The notes beneath the pieces were generated by a model. It had not been told where the DNA came from and did not search any database. It worked only from the letters and a program-made list of their open reading frames with translations. From the IMG/VR virus record IMGVR_UViG_3300022744_000026, positions 1-64,000 of that record: a DNA stretch of 64,000 nucleotides; one strand, 5' to 3'. Position 1 is the first letter of the stretch; each line of letters opens with the position of its first letter. Both the position numbers and the translations under genes were made by a program. Of this stretch, positions 1 to 8,823 are shown one piece after another. The DNA comes from a virus.

Positions 1-111
1 AGGCCCAGCGCACCCTGCTGTCGACAGGCAGCATGCCGCGAGGGCAGGAGATGGCGACGATATGGACCCACAGGGCGGGGTCGTCGGGTTGTGGGCCTGG
101 TGCGCGCATGG

Positions 112-1002
112 TCAGCCTGGCTGCTTCTCGCCACCCAGCGCCGCCAGCACGTCGGCGATCAGCGGCGCGAGTTCACCCGTGGCAATCGCCACGTCGGCAT
201 CGAACTGCTCGGCGCCCTCGTCCTGGCGGCCCTCGAACACCACGTCCAGAAACTCGATGCCGCGCAGCCGCTTGGCGTGGTCCAGCGTGAACGACACCCG
301 GCCGCGCCACGTCAGTTCCAGCGATTGCGCTGCCATGCCCTGGCGCAGGTAGGCCTTCACCTCGTCGGTGTCGAGCGGCGCGCGGGCGTAGCGCACCGTG
401 CTTTTCCTCTCGTCGTTCGCCTTCAGTTCGCAGGCGCGGCCGATGGTGATGTTGGTCGGCAGGCTGTCGCCGTCCAGCAGCCAGCCGGTCATGATGGTGG
501 TCGGCGCGTCCAGGGTGTGCACCGGCACCACGTTGATCTGCTCGTGCAGGCACACCAGCATGGTGATCACGGTGTCGACGGCATTGGTCGACGTGGAGCC
601 GATCACCACCAGGCCATCCGGCGTGATCCACACCGGCACGTTCACCGCCTTGGGGAATGCGCGCGGCAGCAGATCGGTGGTGATCTGGTCCTTCAGCTCG
701 CGCTGCTGCTTCTTGCCGACCTTGCGGCCTTGCTCGGCCTCCAGTTTGGCGCAGGTCTCGGCCAGCGCCTTCTTCAGCGCCGGTCCCGGGACGGTGCGGG
801 TCTCGATGCGCGCGAGAAGGATGGTCTGGCCGGCGACGGTCTCGGCCATGTTGGCGAGGCCTGCGCTGCCGGGGCGCGGCGGGATCCAGCCGGCTGAGTG
901 CGGCTGCGTGGGGCCGCAGGGAGTGAACTCGTTGGCCTGCAGCGCGGCGTCGGTGATGCGGGCGGCGTTGATGATGCGGAAAATGGAGGCGGACTTGAAC
1001 AT
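112..1002 (-). CDS. rdgC: Recombination-associated protein RdgC
   Basis: MFKSASIFRI start, FTPCGPTQPHSAGWIPP, K..ITTDLLPRAF, LELTWRGRVSFTL and FDADVAIATGEL match the RdgC pattern; start moved to the ATG at 1002. Confidence 0.9.
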   Translation of the reverse strand: MFKSASIFRIINAARITDAALQANEFTPCGPTQPHSAGWIPPRPGSAGLANMAETVAGQTILLARIETRTVPGPALKKALAETCAKLEAEQGRKVGKKQQRELKDQITTDLLPRAFPKAVNVPVWITPDGLVVIGSTSTNAVDTVITMLVCLHEQINVVPVHTLDAPTTIMTGWLLDGDSLPTNITIGRACELKANDERKSTVRYARAPLDTDEVKAYLRQGMAAQSLELTWRGRVSFTLDHAKRLRGIEFLDVVFEGRQDEGAEQFDADVAIATGELAPLIADVLAALGGEKQPG

Positions 1003-1039
1003 GGTGGTGGGTGGTGACGGGCCTGACGGCCCGGGTTGA

Positions 1040-1480
1040 TCAGTAGGTCTTGCCACCCGCCGCGGCGCGCGCCTCGGGCTTGTGGTCCGCGCGCTGGGCG
1101 TTGTAGGCCAGCTTCTCGGCGATGGCGCCGCCCAGGTCCAGATTCATGGCGCCGGCCAAGTCGGCGATGCGGATGACGGCGTCGGCAAGCTCGACTTCGA
1201 GCATCGGACGGTGCGGGAGGTGGTCGTCCATCAGCCCCTTGCGGTGGCCTTCCATGCCTTCGCTGACCTCGCTGTGCGTGAGGCAGAGCTTCTGCGCCAC
1301 CAAGGCGCCGCCCAGCAGCTTCTGCAGGCTGTCTGCGGGGCTGTTGATGACCTGGCGCAGGTCCAGACCGGTGGCGGCATGCGTCCACCAGCCGGCTGCG
1401 AGGCTGGCGCCGTGGCAGGCGTCCTGAAGTTGCCGCGCGGCATTCGCCAGGAACATGGAATCAAGATTGCTGTCGGCCAT
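1040..1480 (-). CDS. MazG-like nucleotide pyrophosphohydrolase
   Basis: HSEVSEGMEG...EVELADAVIRIADL is the all-alpha NTP-PPase EXXE/EXXD signature, followed by EKLAYNAQR. Confidence 0.8.
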   Translation of the reverse strand: MADSNLDSMFLANAARQLQDACHGASLAAGWWTHAATGLDLRQVINSPADSLQKLLGGALVAQKLCLTHSEVSEGMEGHRKGLMDDHLPHRPMLEVELADAVIRIADLAGAMNLDLGGAIAEKLAYNAQRADHKPEARAAAGGKTY

Positions 1481-1667
1481 TGTTGTCCTCAGTTGTCGGT
1501 GACGTAGTGTAGTGAATTTCAAGCCCCGCATACGCCAGCGCCGTCTTTATTTCCTCAATCTGCTGGAGCAACAGGTCGATCTGCGCGACCTTGTTGCTCA
1601 GGCGCAAGCGCAGTGCCTGCACCTCCGCGCTGAGGCTAGCGATGGTGCGGTCGGTCTTGGCGCTCAT
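1461..1667 (-). CDS. Small coiled-coil hypothetical protein
   Basis: Overlap-coupled ORF MSAKTDRTIASL... within the operon. Confidence 0.55.
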   Translation of the reverse strand: MSAKTDRTIASLSAEVQALRLRLSNKVAQIDLLLQQIEEIKTALAYAGLEIHYTTSPTTEDNNGRQQS

Positions 1668-1963
1668 GCGATCAGGTCTTGCCAGTCGCCGGCCCAGCGC
1701 GCGAAGTTGGGGTGGCTGGCGGTCATGCGCTCCTCCTCCAGCGTGTTGCACGCGACAACCCACGCCTTGCCGCCGTCGATCATCACGGCGTTGCGCACGC
1801 GGATCGTGAGCGGCTTCAGTCGGTATGCGCAGTCGCGGTAGAAGTGCGGGCACTTCACGATGGTGGCGGCGGGCTCGATGTCGACCCAGCGGTCGCCGTC
1901 CATGTATTGCACGGCGCGTCCGTCGAGCCAGGCGCGGATGAGGGGGTCGTGGGGGTGGTTCAT
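1664..1963 (-). CDS. Hypothetical phage protein
   Basis: MNHPHDPLIRAWLDGRAVQY...; ATGA overlaps on both sides. Confidence 0.65.
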   Translation of the reverse strand: MNHPHDPLIRAWLDGRAVQYMDGDRWVDIEPAATIVKCPHFYRDCAYRLKPLTIRVRNAVMIDGGKAWVVACNTLEEERMTASHPNFARWAGDWQDLIA

Positions 1964-2316
1964 GGTGTCGCTCGTACTTTCCAGGCTGCTTCCAGCCCTT
2001 CGATTGCGGTCGGGAGGATGTCCAGCAGTTTGTCGCTGCTGATGCTGTACTCCTTGAACTGCACCCAGCGGTCTTGCCCGGCGCAGGCGGTCAACTCCAG
2101 CTCCCATCCCTCGTGCCGCGCGCCGTTGAGTTCGAAGCGGGATGGATGCAGCACCAGTTGAACTGGTTTCTCGTTTGACGCGCACTCCGGCAGGTCAGTG
2201 CGGCTGGTGCGCTTGCACAGGATGAATGGCGTTTCGTTGATTTCGCTGCACAGGTGGTCCGTGTACTTGTGCCACCCCTGCGCAATCAACTGCTCAGTGA
2301 GTTCTTCAATTTTCAT
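1960..2316 (-). CDS. Hypothetical phage protein
   Basis: MKIEELTEQLIAQGW...; coupled to neighbours. Confidence 0.6.
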   Translation of the reverse strand: MKIEELTEQLIAQGWHKYTDHLCSEINETPFILCKRTSRTDLPECASNEKPVQLVLHPSRFELNGARHEGWELELTACAGQDRWVQFKEYSISSDKLLDILPTAIEGLEAAWKVRATP

Positions 2317-2635
2317 TTTGCTTGGCTTGCCTGTACTTGTGAATCCGCATGCAGTCGTCGCGGATCCGGTCTGCCTCGGCCTGGCTGTGAAACCCGGCGA
2401 TGCCCTTCGAGACAACCTTCGTCGTCCCGTTCTGCTGCAACTCCTTGCGCCCGTAGAGGAATTCGTTGCGCGCGTCGCGGTCCGGCAGCACGTCCAGCAC
2501 GTGCAGGCATAGGCACTCGTGGCGCCATTCCTCGCTTGCGCGGTGAACGTGCTTGCCGGCCAGGATGCTGTAGGCCGGTCCGAGCTTGTCGGTGTCGTAG
2601 TCGTATGCCCACTGCAGGACGTTGACGGTGGGCAT
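2306..2635 (-). CDS. Hypothetical phage protein
   Basis: 109-aa ORF tiled within the operon. Confidence 0.6.
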   Translation of the reverse strand: MPTVNVLQWAYDYDTDKLGPAYSILAGKHVHRASEEWRHECLCLHVLDVLPDRDARNEFLYGRKELQQNGTTKVVSKGIAGFHSQAEADRIRDDCMRIHKYRQAKQNEN

Positions 2636-3738
2636 CAGTCGACCACCACAGTTACCCGATCGGCGGCTCGGGTAATGCCGGTGTAGAGATGGCGCGCCGC
2701 GTCTTCGCGGAAGGCGCTGGATTCATCGAACAGCAACACGCTCGGCCACTGACTGCCTTGCGACTTGTGCACCGTGATCGCATAGCCATAGGTGAACTCG
2801 TCCGAGTCCTTGCGCACCTTCCAGTGCAGTTCGGCCTGTCGGTCTTCGAAGTACAGGCCGGGCGTCTCGACGTCGAGCGGCGCCATGGTGGAGTCATCCA
2901 GGCTGGTGACGCGCATGTTGACGTTGCTGCCGCTGACGTGCACCCGGCTGGCCTCCCACAGTCCGCCGTTGAGCAACCCCTTCAGGTGGTTGTTGCGCAG
3001 GCAGATGAGCTTGTCGCCTTCGACCGGCGTCCAGTTCTCGCGGCCCTTGATCTGTCGCACGCGCTTGTTGAGCGCCGTGCGGGTGATGTTGCGGCCCACC
3101 AGAATCTGGTCGGCGCCCATGGCGAGTTCGCGCATCTCGTCGCGCGTGATGTCGCCGCGCTGGATGACGCGGCTGCCGCCGTACTCGCCTGGCACCAGCC
3201 GGCAGCCGGTGCGCACGGTCATGCTCATCTGGATGATCGGGTTGTCGAGCGCCTGGCGGTGTATCTCGGTCAGCATGATGTCAGGCTGGGCGTCGATGAA
3301 GAAGCCCGCGCCGTTGACTGGCGGCAGTTGCGCCGGATCACCCAGCACCAGCACCTTGGTGCCGTAGCTCAGGAGGTCGCGGCCGATCAGTTCATCGACC
3401 ATGGAAACCTCGTCCACGCAGATCAGCGGCGCTGTCGCCGCCGGGCTGTCGGGGTTCAGACGGTACTCGGCGGCGCCGGTGACATCGTCCTGCCGGACCT
3501 TGTAGATCATGCGGTGGATCGTGGATGCCGGGCAGCCCTTGAGCGAAAGCACCAGACTGGCCTTGCCGGTGAATGCCGCGAACAGCGTGCCGGGGATGGC
3601 CTCTGCGACGGCCTTCGCCAGCGTGGTCTTGCCGGCGCCTGCGTAGCCGAACAGCCGGAACACCTGCGGGCCGCCGCGCTGGCGCGCCCAGTCGATGACG
3701 CGCTTCACGGCCTCGCCCTGTTGCTGGCTGAACTTCAT
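2635..3738 (-). CDS. RecD/Dda-like SF1B helicase
   Basis: Walker A GYAGAGKTT, STIH, DEVSMV, GDPAQLPPV, YAITVHKSQGSQW, LYTGITRA. Confidence 0.92.
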   Translation of the reverse strand: MKFSQQQGEAVKRVIDWARQRGGPQVFRLFGYAGAGKTTLAKAVAEAIPGTLFAAFTGKASLVLSLKGCPASTIHRMIYKVRQDDVTGAAEYRLNPDSPAATAPLICVDEVSMVDELIGRDLLSYGTKVLVLGDPAQLPPVNGAGFFIDAQPDIMLTEIHRQALDNPIIQMSMTVRTGCRLVPGEYGGSRVIQRGDITRDEMRELAMGADQILVGRNITRTALNKRVRQIKGRENWTPVEGDKLICLRNNHLKGLLNGGLWEASRVHVSGSNVNMRVTSLDDSTMAPLDVETPGLYFEDRQAELHWKVRKDSDEFTYGYAITVHKSQGSQWPSVLLFDESSAFREDAARHLYTGITRAADRVTVVVD

Positions 3739-4061
3739 GCGCCTCCCACGGCCGACGCGAACTGCCAGACGCTGGCGGCGCGAACGCCCAGCACGCCGAA
3801 CGGCACGTTGCTGGTGCCGGTGCTGTCGCCGCCGAACTCTGCGCGCACGTCGTCGGCAGTGACGCCTGGCGCCAGTTGGTAGACCATCGCCATGCCGGCG
3901 CGGTGCTTGGCCTTCTCCACCAGTCCGGCGGCGATCAGGTCTTGCACGGCGTTCCATGCCGTCGTGTTCGACATGCCCAGCGGCCCGGTGATCTGCTGGA
4001 CCGTCGTTGAGCCGCCGCGGTTGGCGATGAATTCGCCGACCTTCAGTGCATTCGCGTTCAT
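3735..4061 (-). CDS. Winged-helix DNA-binding protein
   Basis: TVQQITGPLGMSNTTAWNAVQDLIAAGLV helix-turn-helix plus wing. Confidence 0.6.
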   Translation of the reverse strand: MNANALKVGEFIANRGGSTTVQQITGPLGMSNTTAWNAVQDLIAAGLVEKAKHRAGMAMVYQLAPGVTADDVRAEFGGDSTGTSNVPFGVLGVRAASVWQFASAVGGA

Positions 4062-4255
4062 CGTTGATACCCTCCGGTGTGCTGCACCGTGTGTTTCGAT
4101 TCCCACGCGAGGATCTCAGCGACCGGGTAAAGCACCCGGCCTCCTGCCCGCGTGAAGCGTGGTCCGATGCCCATGCAGCGCCAGTTGGCCAAAGTTCGAA
4201 CCGAGATGCGTCCCGCTAGTCGGTCCGAAAGCTGCTGGGGGGTGAGGTAGGTCAG
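4058..4255 (-). CDS. Excisionase/AlpA-like HTH protein with probable CTG start (absent from the ORF track)
   Basis: Hand translation LTYLTPQQLSDRLAGRISVRTLANWRCMGIGPRFTRAGGRVLYPVAEILAWE...; exactly fills the gap with 4-nt overlaps at both ends. Confidence 0.75.
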   Translation of the reverse strand: MTYLTPQQLSDRLAGRISVRTLANWRCMGIGPRFTRAGGRVLYPVAEILAWESKHTVQHTGGYQR

Positions 4256-5253
4256 AAGACTGGCTCGTCGTCAGAGGGCAGGATGCCAGGCTGGCTGGAC
4301 ACCTGTTGCGGCGCAGGTTGAGATTCCGCAATGCCACGAGAGTCGGATGACTCGGCCGGCGGCGGCGTGGCGGCGCGGCGGCGCGGTGCGGGGGCTTGCG
4401 CAGCCGGCGCCGGTGGTGCAGGTTGCGCGGCTGCGGCCTGCTGAATGGCGCCCATGACCTGGGTGGCGACCACGTCGACGGCGGCGGGCTTGGCGGCCAG
4501 TTCGAAGTACTCGCTTGGCTTGGCGCCTTCGCGCAGGGCGTTGAAGACGCCGACCAAGTCGGCGAGTTCATCGACGGTGACGTTGTCCAGCGAGTGGCCG
4601 ACGTACTCGCTCAGGTGCTTGACGCCCACGCCGTACTTGCCGAACGCCGTGACCATGTCGTTCACGCGCTGGCTGATCGACTTGTCATTCGTGCCGGCCA
4701 GCGTGGCGCGGCAGGCTGCCTGCCCAGCAGCCACCAGTGCCTTCGGAAGCAAAGCCGCGATGCGGCCACGCATTTGCTTGCTGGCGACGTTGGCGATCTT
4801 GTTGTCGATGTCGGCTTGATCGGTGAGCTTCTTGGGGCCGTTCTTGGTGTCGACCACATGCATCACGGTGACCTGGCGCGTGCTGAGGTTGTTGCGCTCC
4901 ACGTCCCAGGCGAACACCTCGATTTCGCTCTTGCCTTCGCCGCGGCTCAGTTCGCGGTGGCCGAAGGAGAAGTTGCCGTAGCAGCGGGCGCACTCCTCCA
5001 TGAACCGGATGCTCGGGCCGGTGCCGCGGTTGGGCACGGAGTAGAACGCAGTGGCGGCGAACTCGGTCGACTTGCAGGCGTCCATGAACTCGGCCATGGC
5101 CTGCGCCATGCTGCGCGGGAACATCTTGGCGATCTGGATCTTGCCGCGGACTTCGGCGATCGCGCGCTCGGACTCGATTGCGACTGCGCCAGCGTTGATT
5201 TGCGATTGCGCAATCATCGGGCGGAACGGATCTTGTGGGGTGATGTCGTTCAT
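4252..5253 (-). CDS. Candidate single-strand annealing protein/recombinase
   Basis: Conserved-looking core (AKMFPRS, GPSIRFMEE), Pro/Ala linker, acidic tail SDDEPVF; sits in the RecE-like exonuclease operon. Confidence 0.5.
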   Translation of the reverse strand: MNDITPQDPFRPMIAQSQINAGAVAIESERAIAEVRGKIQIAKMFPRSMAQAMAEFMDACKSTEFAATAFYSVPNRGTGPSIRFMEECARCYGNFSFGHRELSRGEGKSEIEVFAWDVERNNLSTRQVTVMHVVDTKNGPKKLTDQADIDNKIANVASKQMRGRIAALLPKALVAAGQAACRATLAGTNDKSISQRVNDMVTAFGKYGVGVKHLSEYVGHSLDNVTVDELADLVGVFNALREGAKPSEYFELAAKPAAVDVVATQVMGAIQQAAAAQPAPPAPAAQAPAPRRRAATPPPAESSDSRGIAESQPAPQQVSSQPGILPSDDEPVF

Positions 5254-5266
5254 GGGGTCAGTTGGC

Positions 5267-5743
5267 TTACTGGTTGGTGGGGCGGACGGTGTTGATCGCG
5301 CTCTGCACGCTGTCGCTCAGGTACTGGTAGCTCTCGGCGGCCATGGTGACGGCCTCTGGCATGCAGGCGGTCAGCGCCAGGTGGAAGCCCGGCGTGCCAT
5401 TGGGGCCGGTCACGGTCAGGCCGGTGAAGATGCGGCCGGCGACGGCGGCGGCCGACAGCAGCAGCTCGACGGGGGCTGCGACAACCTCATCGCCGCCAGG
5501 GATGCCGGGGGCGGTCATGGCCGGGACTTCCTTCGCCAGCGCCTTGAGCATGTCGCGCTCGGGCGCTTGGTAGTCGACCAGCAGGGCGTGCGATGAGAGG
5601 TCGGACCACTTCATGCCCATGATGGCCCACGCGGGCAGTTCCATCTGACCGCCAGCGGCTGCCATGTGGTCGGCCACCACCTGCGTCGGCAGTTGGTAGG
5701 TGTGCCCCGTGTCGGGGAAGCGGATTTGCATGTAGGTGTTCAT
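5267..5743 (-). CDS. Hypothetical protein
   Basis: 158-aa ORF preceded by TACACT-N6-ATG. Confidence 0.6.
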   Translation of the reverse strand: MNTYMQIRFPDTGHTYQLPTQVVADHMAAAGGQMELPAWAIMGMKWSDLSSHALLVDYQAPERDMLKALAKEVPAMTAPGIPGGDEVVAAPVELLLSAAAVAGRIFTGLTVTGPNGTPGFHLALTACMPEAVTMAAESYQYLSDSVQSAINTVRPTNQ

Positions 5744-5810
5744 GGGTTGAGTGTATTAGCTACGCGGTTGGGCGGGTGATTGGTTGTGGCTATCGGTTGT
5801 TGTGTGGCGA

Positions 5811-7112
5811 TTACGGCGCCGTCTCGATGCTCATCTCACCGCTGGTGACGCGCGTGACGAACAGTTGCAGGCCGGAGGCGATGGCCGACTCGCGGAATGC
5901 TTCGAAGGTGTCGGAACTCATCAACTCAAGTCCGTCGACGCAGCACACGCCGAGCCGGCCGGCGCGCACCTTGGCGAGGTCGACAGCGATCTGCACGCGC
6001 TGCGCGGTGTTCAGGCGATCGAACGGCACGTCGCCGCGGTAAATCTCGCCGTCGCGCACCTCCAGGCCGGGGATGGGCAGGGCGGACAGCAGGTCGAGCT
6101 TGTACTGCTCGATGTCGGCCAGGGCCTTGGTCTGGCGCTCGGCGTCGGCCTGAAGGTCGGCCAGTTGCTGCTGCATGGTCTTGATCGTCGCCTGGGTGGC
6201 CTCGCGGCGGGCGGCGGCGTCGCGGTTGGCGCGGATGGCGGCCAGGGCCTGGGTGATCGGCGCGGCGGCTGCAGTGCGGTCGGCGCGCGCCTTCTCGGCG
6301 GCAGCGCTGGCGCGCAGTTCGGTGGCTGCGAAGGCGGCGTTGGCCTCGGTCATCTTGGTGCGGATGGCGTCGATCTCGGCCTGTAGGGCGGCTTGGCCGG
6401 CTTGGTGGTCGGCGCGCATCTTGGCGAGCTGGCGGTCGATCTTGCCCAGCGTGGCGTCGCGTGCGGTGTCGATTGCGGCAAGCTGCGCGGTCAGTTCGTC
6501 CTCGCTGCCGCTCACGCCGGCCGGCGCGTCAGGCATCGCCGCGCGCAGTTGGTTGATGGTGGCGTCCTTCTCCCGCACCGCGCGGTTCGTGCCGGTGCGG
6601 TCGTCGTAGACCTGGCGGCGCACGGCGTCGATCGTCGCCAGCGCGTGTACACCCGGCTCGGCGGTGACGGTCACGCCAGAAATCTGCGACAGCCTCTCGG
6701 TGTCGGCCTGCAGCGGCATCGACTCCAGCAGCACGCGGGCGCGGTCGCCGGGGCGGGCCATCAGGAAATCGACGGGGTTGACGGACATGAGGTCCACCAG
6801 CGCAGCCAGGGCCTGGGCCGGCTTGGCGCTCGCCTTGCCGTCTGCCGCCTTCACTGCGCGCGTGGTGCCGCTGGGCGTGACGCGGGTGGTGATGCTGCCG
6901 CCGTTGTCCAGCACCAGCACCACCTCGCCCTTGTCGGCGCCAGCGCGCAGCAGGGTGGCGTCGTGTCCGCCCTTGAGTGCGCCGCGGATGGCGTCCAGCG
7001 CCGAGGTCTTGCCCTGGCCGTTGTCGCCGGTGAAGGCGGTGAACTGCCCGGCGTCGAATTCGAGCGAGTCGATGCCGAGGATGTTCGAGATTTTGACGTG
7101 GTTGATTTTCAT
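5811..7112 (-). CDS. SMC/SbcC-like coiled-coil ATPase
   Basis: ISNILGI, Walker A GDNGQGKTS, long coiled coil, C-terminal LNTAQR and CCVDGLE. Confidence 0.8.
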   Translation of the reverse strand: MKINHVKISNILGIDSLEFDAGQFTAFTGDNGQGKTSALDAIRGALKGGHDATLLRAGADKGEVVLVLDNGGSITTRVTPSGTTRAVKAADGKASAKPAQALAALVDLMSVNPVDFLMARPGDRARVLLESMPLQADTERLSQISGVTVTAEPGVHALATIDAVRRQVYDDRTGTNRAVREKDATINQLRAAMPDAPAGVSGSEDELTAQLAAIDTARDATLGKIDRQLAKMRADHQAGQAALQAEIDAIRTKMTEANAAFAATELRASAAAEKARADRTAAAAPITQALAAIRANRDAAARREATQATIKTMQQQLADLQADAERQTKALADIEQYKLDLLSALPIPGLEVRDGEIYRGDVPFDRLNTAQRVQIAVDLAKVRAGRLGVCCVDGLELMSSDTFEAFRESAIASGLQLFVTRVTSGEMSIETAP

Positions 7113-7160
7113 GATGTCGTGGCGTTGAGCGCCAGATAGACGAGATACACAATCACCCCA

Positions 7161-7439
7161 TCAGCGATGAGCGTGCAGATCAGAACCCACCCTAGGGGCG
7201 TGGGGCGAAGCATGGGCGGTATCCTTATGCTGGTGCCATGCGTTGAACAGCCGGCGCAGTGCGTATCCGCGCGCCACGCTGGCCAGGGTGAAAATTGCCG
7301 TGATGGCTGCGTTGTGAGAGACGCTGACGGGGTAGCCGAAGGCCGGGAATACGACAGCGGTCAGGGCCATGCTGACGAGGAATCCGACCGCCGTGCTGGT
7401 GACGGTCTCGGCAAGGCTGTGGCGGCGGGACTGGCTCAC
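7161..7439 (-). CDS. Small two-TM phage membrane protein
   Basis: QSRRHSLAE start, two hydrophobic helices, RGYALRRLFN. Confidence 0.7.
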   Translation of the reverse strand: MSQSRRHSLAETVTSTAVGFLVSMALTAVVFPAFGYPVSVSHNAAITAIFTLASVARGYALRRLFNAWHQHKDTAHASPHAPRVGSDLHAHR

Positions 7440-8350
7440 AGCAACCCCATCTCAATCTGCCTCACCCCCCACGCCGGCAACTCCAGCGCCCGCACCTCGT
7501 GGTCGCTGTAGCTCGGCCACTGGTCCAGCTTCTGAGCGGCCAGCAGGCGGGTGAGTAGCTGGCGGGCTTGGCGCCGGCCGAGGTCGAGTTGTTCTTGGGT
7601 GACGTAGTAGATGCCGATGGCATAGGGCGGCTTCTTCTCGACGGCAACGAACACCCACCAGGGCGGCGCCTCGCCGAATGCCGACTGCATCACGTCGAAG
7701 TACCAGGGCGGCTGCAGGTAGTACGAAAAGTTGAACGCAGCCCGGCCGAACCCGTCAGGGCTGGCGTCGTCGCAACTCTTGAGGTCGGCCGCCATGCCGC
7801 CGAGGTAGTCGAAGCGGCACTTGATGTGCGCGCCGGTCTCGGCGTCGATGGCGTGCACCGACTGTTCGGCCCGGCCGCCGGTGAAGATCGTCCGCGCGAT
7901 GGGATGGCGCCTGACGGCATCGCGCACGGCCAGCGTTGTGGTCCACTGTTCGGCGGTCAGCAGTTCCTTGCCGGCGTTGGCGGCCTCGAAGTCGCGCCAC
8001 CAGGCGATGGCGTTGAGCGTGTCGGCGCTGGGCTTGGCTGCGTTGACCTGGCGGTCAGTCGGGCGCTTCGGTGCGTCCTCGGGCAGGCTGGCGTAGGCGG
8101 ATGGGAACAGGTCCGGCTCCAGCACTGCGGAGTGGATGGCACTGCCCAGCACCAGCGCCGCGGCCGGCTCGGCGCGCTCGCGCTCCGGGTTGCGCTTGGC
8201 ATGCCACCAGTGCAGCGGGCTCTTGGCGAACAGCGACAGGTCGCTCTTACTGACCCCAGGCCCTTGGTGGTATTCGTCGTTCGTCTGTTCAACGAAACCA
8301 GGCTGTACGTCGGTCAAGACGCCGCCGTTGGTGATTGTCTGGATGGTCAT
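7436..8350 (-). CDS. RecE/exonuclease VIII-like PD-(D/E)XK nuclease
   Basis: YH...VSKSDL, GSAIHSAVLEP, KCRFDYL, DLKS, Y..Q..WY, FVAVEKKPPY. Confidence 0.9.
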   Translation of the reverse strand: MTIQTITNGGVLTDVQPGFVEQTNDEYHQGPGVSKSDLSLFAKSPLHWWHAKRNPERERAEPAAALVLGSAIHSAVLEPDLFPSAYASLPEDAPKRPTDRQVNAAKPSADTLNAIAWWRDFEAANAGKELLTAEQWTTTLAVRDAVRRHPIARTIFTGGRAEQSVHAIDAETGAHIKCRFDYLGGMAADLKSCDDASPDGFGRAAFNFSYYLQPPWYFDVMQSAFGEAPPWWVFVAVEKKPPYAIGIYYVTQEQLDLGRRQARQLLTRLLAAQKLDQWPSYSDHEVRALELPAWGVRQIEMGLL

Positions 8351-8518
8351 CTGTGCTGGCTGCTGTGGTGTTGATTGCGCAATTCTGCGCTATCCTTTGC
8401 CCGCCACGCAATGCACTTGCACTCGTTTTATCGCTATGTCATCGCGCATCACGATAGGTCACGGCTATTACGCAAAAACCATCCGGCGGGCGGTGGAAAA
8501 TAGCTACACTCTCGCCCC

Positions 8519-8764
8519 ATGAGCTACGAACTTGAATTCCAACAGAGGCTGGATGCGATCGACGCCCGAGCGAAGGCGGCGGGCACCAGCCTGACCGAGC
8601 TGTGCCGCAAGTCCGGCACGGCGCGCAGCACGCCTGACCGCTGGCGCAAGGTCACGCCGAAGACGGTGCTGATCGTCACGCAGTTGGAGGCCGAGTTGAC
8701 GGCGATCGAGAAGGCCAGGGCGCCAGCAGTGGTGCCGGATGACCAGCCGCCTGCCGTGTTCTGA
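8519..8764 (+). CDS. Cro-like HTH regulator
   Basis: SLTELCRKSGTARSTPDRWR; first gene of the divergent rightward operon. Confidence 0.65.
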   Translation: MSYELEFQQRLDAIDARAKAAGTSLTELCRKSGTARSTPDRWRKVTPKTVLIVTQLEAELTAIEKARAPAVVPDDQPPAVF

Positions 8765-8823
8765 CGGGCGTCACACCAATATTCCCTGCCGCTTAATCGT
8801 GGTGCGGTGGGGGCGGAGAAAGC

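Noticed and set aside
91-7139. Long plus-strand ORFs opposite the recombination genes (e.g. 91-897, 2689-3882, 4396-5295)
   Set aside because: Antisense shadows typical of high-GC coding DNA; the minus-strand frames carry the recognisable motifs
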